Of a DNA stretch of 64,000 bases, positions 59,249 to 64,000 are shown piece by piece. The notes under the pieces are model-generated. The model made no database searches. It worked only from the letters and a program-made list of their open reading frames with translations, and was not told the DNA's origin. The position numbers and the translations under genes were made by a program. Position 1 is the first letter of the stretch, and each line of letters opens with the position of its first letter. The stretch spans positions 370,176 through 434,175 of the forward strand of contig CAXXWQ010000001.1 of assembly GCA_963674945.2 (NCBI GenBank), read 5' to 3'. The DNA is from an uncultured Desulfosarcina sp. Lineage in GTDB: Bacteria; Desulfobacterota; Desulfobacteria; Desulfobacterales; Desulfosarcinaceae.

Positions 59249-60370
59249 ATGGCAAATAAACGCAAAGGATTCGACGATTGGGTGGAGATTTTTGCGGGAG
59301 GAACGCAAAAATCCAGCAGCGGCAAGATTTTCGATGGTGATGACCTGATCGATAAAGCCGTATCCACATTTGATCCCGCATTCCACGAGCCGCCGGCGGT
59401 GGTAGGACACCCGGAGGAGAATGATCCGGCGTATGGTCTTGTCAATGCGTTGAAGGTCGACACATCCGGAGGTCGAAAGGTTCTTTTGGCCAGGTTCAAG
59501 GACGTCGAGCCGACCTTTGCGGACATGGTCAAAAAAGGCCGTTTCCCAAAGCGAAGCGCCGCCTTCTACAACGACGGAAGGCTGCGCCACGTTGGTTTTT
59601 TGGGCGCCATGCCGCCGGCGGTAAAGGGTTTGAAAAACATGACCTTTGCTTCCGGCGAAGCGGATGCCGAGTTCGAATTCTCGGAACCGCGCCCCTGGAC
59701 GTGGGGCGCCATTGCCGAGGTGTTCCGCCGGATGCGGGAGTATTTTATCGAAACGGAGGGGGCCGAGCGCGCGGACGCGATCATACCGGAATGGGATATC
59801 CGGGAGATCAGCGACGAGGAGCGAAGGGCCGCCGAACCCAAACCACAGGAGGATGAATCCATGAAGTTTTCCGAGTTTTTCGAAGCGTTCAAGATCTGGA
59901 AGAAGTTTGAAAAGGACCCGGATGCGTCCATCGATGTGATGCCATCCGCACCCGGCGGACAGTTTTCCGAGACGGACATCAAGAAGGCCAAGGAAGAGGC
60001 CGCCGCCAAGGCCAAGGCCGATGCCGAAGCCGAGTTCGCCGAGAAGCAGCGAAAGGCCGGCAAGAAGCAGAGGGATGCCGAGATCGTCTCGTGGGTGGAC
60101 GGGAAGGTAACCGACGGCGCCATCTCGCCGGCGCTGCGCGACAGCGGCCTGGTGGCCTTCATGCAGGGTCTTGCCGACGATGCCATCGAATTTGCCGAGG
60201 GTGAGGAAAAACAAAGCCCTCTGGACTGGTTCAAGGGACTGTTCAAAGAGGATGGAGAGAATCCCCTCTTCTCGGAGATCGCCACGAAATCCGGTGCGTC
60301 CGCCAAGCAAAAGGATGCCGATGCGGAATTCGCCCTGGGAAAAGACATCGGCGAGCGGGCCAACCGATAG
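59249..60370 (+). CDS. Mu-like head maturation protease/scaffold (gpI/Z-like)
   Basis: W.EIF..G, P.VVGHP....PAYG.V, F.KRSA.F, LRHVGFLGA.PPAVKGL; charged helical C-terminus. Confidence 0.9.
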   Translation: MANKRKGFDDWVEIFAGGTQKSSSGKIFDGDDLIDKAVSTFDPAFHEPPAVVGHPEENDPAYGLVNALKVDTSGGRKVLLARFKDVEPTFADMVKKGRFPKRSAAFYNDGRLRHVGFLGAMPPAVKGLKNMTFASGEADAEFEFSEPRPWTWGAIAEVFRRMREYFIETEGAERADAIIPEWDIREISDEERRAAEPKPQEDESMKFSEFFEAFKIWKKFEKDPDASIDVMPSAPGGQFSETDIKKAKEEAAAKAKADAEAEFAEKQRKAGKKQRDAEIVSWVDGKVTDGAISPALRDSGLVAFMQGLADDAIEFAEGEEKQSPLDWFKGLFKEDGENPLFSEIATKSGASAKQKDADAEFALGKDIGERANR

Positions 60371-60423
60371 CTGAAGGAATTTGAAATATCAAATTTGAAA
60401 TTTGAAATCGTAAGGAGGAAGTC

Positions 60424-61008
60424 ATGACGGAAAACTTGGACACCGAGGTTGTCAGCCAACTTGTTGCCGGCGATGTGCATGAGTTGAAACCGGTTACGCT
60501 CGCTGCGGGCCAGGCGGCATTGGCGCGCGGCGCCGTGCTGGGCATGATCAGTGAGTCGGAGCTTAAAATCAATCACGGAACGGTCTCCGACGGTCCCTTT
60601 CAGGCAGCCGAAACCGTGACCGGCGGGACGTCCGGCGCAACCGGCGTTGTCGTCCAGGTCAATTCCGGCAGCATCGAAGTCAAGACCGTGACCGGCACCT
60701 TCGCCGCCGAAGAGACCATCACCGGCGGAACGTCCAGTGCGAGCGCCGAGATCACCACCACCGTTGACGAGCGGTATAAATGCAAGGAGCTTGCTCCTTC
60801 GGCGGTCAACGGCCTGGCTACGCCCCGCGCGATCCTCGCCGAGGACGCGGATGCATCCAGCGAGGATGCGGAGGCCCAGGCGTATGTTCTCGGAAAATTC
60901 CGAAGCGCCGATCTGGGCTGGCCGACCGGCATCACCGCCGCCCAGAAACAGGCCGCATACATGGCCATGCAGGACCGGGGCATATCCGTGGACACGGAAT
61001 GGTCGTAA
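60424..61008 (+). CDS. head decoration protein with inserted repeat domain
   Basis: TL.AGQ..L.RGAVLG and G...P.AILAED.DAS..D motifs flanking an ET.TGGTS repeat insert. Confidence 0.75.
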   Translation: MTENLDTEVVSQLVAGDVHELKPVTLAAGQAALARGAVLGMISESELKINHGTVSDGPFQAAETVTGGTSGATGVVVQVNSGSIEVKTVTGTFAAEETITGGTSSASAEITTTVDERYKCKELAPSAVNGLATPRAILAEDADASSEDAEAQAYVLGKFRSADLGWPTGITAAQKQAAYMAMQDRGISVDTEWS

Positions 61009-61059
61009 CCAATTTGAAATCTCAGATTTAAAATTTGAAATCACAACGGAGGAAATCTC

Positions 61060-62070
61060 ATGGACAACCTGTTTAAGGTCCGCACACTGACCGCAGCGGT
61101 CAACGCAATCCAGGCCCCTTCCCGCCTTGTCTACAACAGGCTTTTTGCCGGGCAGGAGAACATGCAGCCGTCCGACCGGCTGGCGTTCGACGTTATTTCC
61201 GGAAGCGAGAAATTGCTGTCCAACATATCGATTTTCGCCCCTGCCACGGTGGATGACAAGACAACCCGCAAGACCATCACTCTGACCGCCCCGCGAATCG
61301 CCAACAAGCGTTTCATCGCCACGGCCGAACTCAATGCGGTGCGGGCGTTCGGCAAAGCGGGTGTCGAAATGATGAAGGACAGGATCGCCCGCGAGCAAAA
61401 GGACATGCGCGGCAAGCATGATCGAACCCTGGAATTCTGGGCGGTCAATGCACTGAAAGGCATTGTTTACGACAGCGACCTGTCAACTGTGCTGGTCAAC
61501 TACAACGTCGACGACACGCATAAAACGGTGCTGACGACGACGGACCGGTGGAGTGATCTGGACGATTCCAACCCCATTGCCAACATCCGGACCTGGAAGC
61601 AGTTGATCGAGGATGACAGCGGCGCCGCAATCACCGGGTGGGTGGCATTCCATGGCTCCGGCGTCGGCGATTCCCTGCTTGTCAACAATTCCGTTCGCGA
61701 ACTGCTCAAAACCGACAAGGGATCCCAGATCGCGGAAAGCGGCCGGATCACCAAGCTGGTCGAGGTTGAACTGGTCGAATACAACGGATCCTACATCGAT
61801 GCCAGCGGTACCCGCCAGCGATATATTGCCAGCAACGAGTTCATTCTCGTCGGTCTGTGCGACGAACTGGTCGACGTGCCGTATGCTCCGGTCGTTGACG
61901 ACGATGCGCCCGGAGGCGTCGGGAATATCGGCGAAGGCGGTCGCGGTGTGATGTTCTTTTCCAAATCGTGGCCGGAAAAAGATCCATCCGGACGTTGGGT
62001 CAAGGCGGAAAGCAGGCCCCTGCCCGTTCTCAAGCGGCCCGGTGCGGTCGTTGTGGCCACCGTGCAATAG
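61060..62070 (+). CDS. major capsid protein (lambda gpE-like family)
   Basis: Position after decoration gene; TLE.WA..ALKG, WSD..S.PI..I, DPSG...AESRPLP. Confidence 0.85.
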   Translation: MDNLFKVRTLTAAVNAIQAPSRLVYNRLFAGQENMQPSDRLAFDVISGSEKLLSNISIFAPATVDDKTTRKTITLTAPRIANKRFIATAELNAVRAFGKAGVEMMKDRIAREQKDMRGKHDRTLEFWAVNALKGIVYDSDLSTVLVNYNVDDTHKTVLTTTDRWSDLDDSNPIANIRTWKQLIEDDSGAAITGWVAFHGSGVGDSLLVNNSVRELLKTDKGSQIAESGRITKLVEVELVEYNGSYIDASGTRQRYIASNEFILVGLCDELVDVPYAPVVDDDAPGGVGNIGEGGRGVMFFSKSWPEKDPSGRWVKAESRPLPVLKRPGAVVVATVQ

Positions 62071-62136
62071 GCCATTGGTGCAGTGAACTGACGCCCCGGC
62101 CGATCGCCGGACGGGGCGAAGCAAAAGGAGAATAGC

Positions 62137-62439
62137 GTGGATATTATCGTCAGCCCTGGAAACTGTATCATCTTCGAGAAAAAACAGTATTTGTCGGGGG
62201 ATAAAATTTCCGGCCTTCCCAAAAATGAAGTCGACCGGCTCATCTCCATCGGCAAGGCAATGCCGGTGGCAGATGAGGATGACGGCGTGATCGCCAAAAC
62301 GAAACCGCCCGAGGAGATGACCGTTCCGAAATTGAAGGAGCTGCTCGCCAAACTGGAAGTGCCATATGCCAGTGATGCAAGGAAAGATGACCTGGTGGCC
62401 CTTGTAAACGAACACACAGCAGAGCCGCCGGAGGCGTAA
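62137..62439 (+). CDS. small phage protein with HeH/LEM-like C-terminus (gp35-like)
   Basis: MTV.KLKE.L....V.Y...A.KDDLV.L. Confidence 0.75.
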   Translation: MDIIVSPGNCIIFEKKQYLSGDKISGLPKNEVDRLISIGKAMPVADEDDGVIAKTKPPEEMTVPKLKELLAKLEVPYASDARKDDLVALVNEHTAEPPEA

Positions 62440-62442
62440 GCG

Positions 62443-62875
62443 ATGCCCTACTGCTCACTTGCCGACATGCTGGAGAAGATCAGCGAACAGGAGCTGATCG
62501 ACATCACGGACGATGACGATGCGGGGCGTCGTTGATACGGGGCGGGTAAACCGGGCCATTTCCGACGCAGGCGCAGAGATCGACAGCTACTGCTTGAATC
62601 GTTACAAGGTGCCGTTTACCACCGTTCCGCCCATGATCCGAAAGTCCGCCGTGGCCATCGCCATTTACAACCTGTTTCAGGGCAAGCACGGCGCTCCGGA
62701 GGATCGTAGGACCGATTACAAGGACACCATCTCCTGGTTAAGCAAGGTGCTGTCCGGGGATGCGGGAATCGGCGTGCAGCCGGAACCGGATACACCCGAG
62801 GAAGCATCGGCCACCGCGATCAAGTCGAACGCGCGGCCCCAGATTTTTTCACCGTCGACCATGGAGAAATATTAA
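62443..62875 (+). pseudogene. Mu gp36 (DUF1320) head-tail joining protein, +1 frameshift at about 62523-62526
   Basis: MPYCSLADM..EL..ITD in one frame continues as VD...V.RAI.DA.AEIDSY...RY..P in another. Confidence 0.8.
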
Positions 62876-63391
62876 TGGCCGGTATCGCTGCCAAAATCAC
62901 CATCAACGACGAAGAGGCCATCGCCCTGATGCGCAAGTATGTGCGCAAGTCGATCGACCTGCAACCGGTTCTCACGGCCTTTGGCGAATACATGCTGGTG
63001 GAGACCGACAAACGTTTTACCGAAGAGCGTGATCCGGACGGAAATCCCTGGGGTGCCGCTCAAACTGAGAACCATCTACGGCGCCCACCGGGGAAAGAAG
63101 TACACCAAGAAAGGGCAGTTGACCAAGCGTTTCTCCACCTACGTCACCAGGCGGAAAATCCTTACCGACAGCGGCCATCTGCGCGGAAGCATTGTCTACA
63201 AAACGGGCCGGAACTGGGTGGCGATCGGCACAAACAAGGTGTACGGCCGTGTCCACCAGGAGGGGGCGGACTTTTCCATCGTCAGCAGGCGTGCGCGGAT
63301 CCGGATACCGGCCCGGCCCTATCTGGGCGTCAACGCGGATGACCGCCGCGAATTTTCGGAACTGGTAAAAGACCATTTAAGGGATCGTTAA
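62875..63391 (+). pseudogene. phage virion morphogenesis (Mu gpG / tail S-like) protein, +1 frameshift at about 63050-63053
   Basis: RF..ERDPDG.PW in one frame; L.DSG.L..SI, GTN..Y..VHQ.G, IPARPYLG in the other. Confidence 0.8.
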
Positions 63392-63946
63392 ATGCTTGCA
63401 GAAATAGAAAACGGTATCGTCACTCTTTTGAAATCCGGAGGAATTACCGTCCGCGACGTAGACCTGTTCGGCTCCGACGGTACAAAGACGCGCAACGAGG
63501 CTGCCAAGAGAAGCAAGTTGCCGGCAGCGTTCGTCGCTATCGAATCGGGATCTTTTGAAACCGTTTCGGAAGGAACGACGTATCGATGGCGGCCGGCCAT
63601 TCTGGTCGCCGTTGCATTCAAGGACTGGTCCAACGATCGAAGCCGGCGCCATGGTGCTGTTGCCATCGTGGAAAACGTGGTGACGCTCATATCCGGCCGT
63701 GACCTTGGGCTTGATATCGGCCCGATAAAGCCGGAGCGGGTTTTCAACATTACGGATGCGGATCTACTCGATAAGGGGATTTGCGTCTGGCAAATCGTGT
63801 TTTCAACCTGGTTCGATACCGAATTCGTTGACGACCCGTCGACGTTGGACGATCTTCTCACGGTCGTGGCCGAATGGGATATGGATCCGGAATCAGACGG
63901 TGAACCAACACCGGTCGACACCATAGAACTCGAAGGAGGTTCATGA
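63392..63946 (+). CDS. Mu gp37 (DUF1834-like) protein
   Basis: MLAEIE..IV..L, LPA.FV, G.DLGL.I.P..P; position after gp36/G. Confidence 0.75.
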   Translation: MLAEIENGIVTLLKSGGITVRDVDLFGSDGTKTRNEAAKRSKLPAAFVAIESGSFETVSEGTTYRWRPAILVAVAFKDWSNDRSRRHGAVAIVENVVTLISGRDLGLDIGPIKPERVFNITDADLLDKGICVWQIVFSTWFDTEFVDDPSTLDDLLTVVAEWDMDPESDGEPTPVDTIELEGGS

Positions 63947-64000
63947 TGGCAAATAAGTTTTTCGTCAAACCGGCCAAGGGGCTGAAAATCCGCATGCCGG
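63946..64000 (+). CDS. Mu gp38 (DUF2635-like) protein, partial
   Basis: MANKFFVKPAKGLKIRMP, runs off the window. Confidence 0.6.
   Translation, partial: MANKFFVKPAKGLKIRMP

Larger units (their letters stand above)
36666..64000. mobile_element. Mu-like transposable prophage (left end to neck genes; continues beyond window)
   Basis: TG dinucleotide at the MCP break, c/ner, MuA, MuB, GemA, Mor and gp27-gp38 homologues in Mu order. Confidence 0.93.

Noticed and set aside
59566..61419. 617-aa minus-strand ORF
   Set aside because: Antisense shadow of well-supported protease, decoration and capsid genes in GC-rich DNA; no motif.

Overview
Bacterial chromosomal window. Gene content (bd oxidase, multi-RCK SLC13 and MOT1-type anion transporters, sigma54 and sigma28 promoters) suggests a sulfate-reducing deltaproteobacterium, possibly Desulfobacterales-like; this is inference only. 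Bases 1-36665 are host genes: a FadL-like porin; a TetR-controlled LolA/LolCDE-like ABC and beta-barrel operon; a putatively sigma54-driven RiPP cluster; SLC13, MOT1, TrmO, MFS and phosphosugar mutase genes; an MshEN-like adenylate cyclase / degenerate deacetylase / LysM-TPR operon; amt, FapA-like, cydAB plus small subunit, ZIP, and an MCP. The RiPP cluster has a PqqD/RRE, two tandem precursor peptides, an HPr-kinase-like protein, a lasso-B2-type protease, a nucleotidyltransferase and an ABC exporter, but no lasso cyclase. From about 36666 to the window end lies a Mu-like transposable prophage inserted into and truncating the MCP gene. It carries left-end cargo with an IS4 insertion, c/ner, MuA/MuB, semi-essential genes, Mor, lysis, terminase, portal, a MuF with a BECR-type nuclease tail followed by a pseudoknot-like non-coding segment, and head and neck genes, two of them frameshifted. 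The best candidates for undescribed biology are (1) the cyclase-less RRE/B2/kinase/nucleotidyltransferase RiPP and (2) the MuF-nuclease plus downstream structured RNA. No rRNA, tRNA or CRISPR array was recognised. All family assignments come from motif recognition by eye, not database searches.
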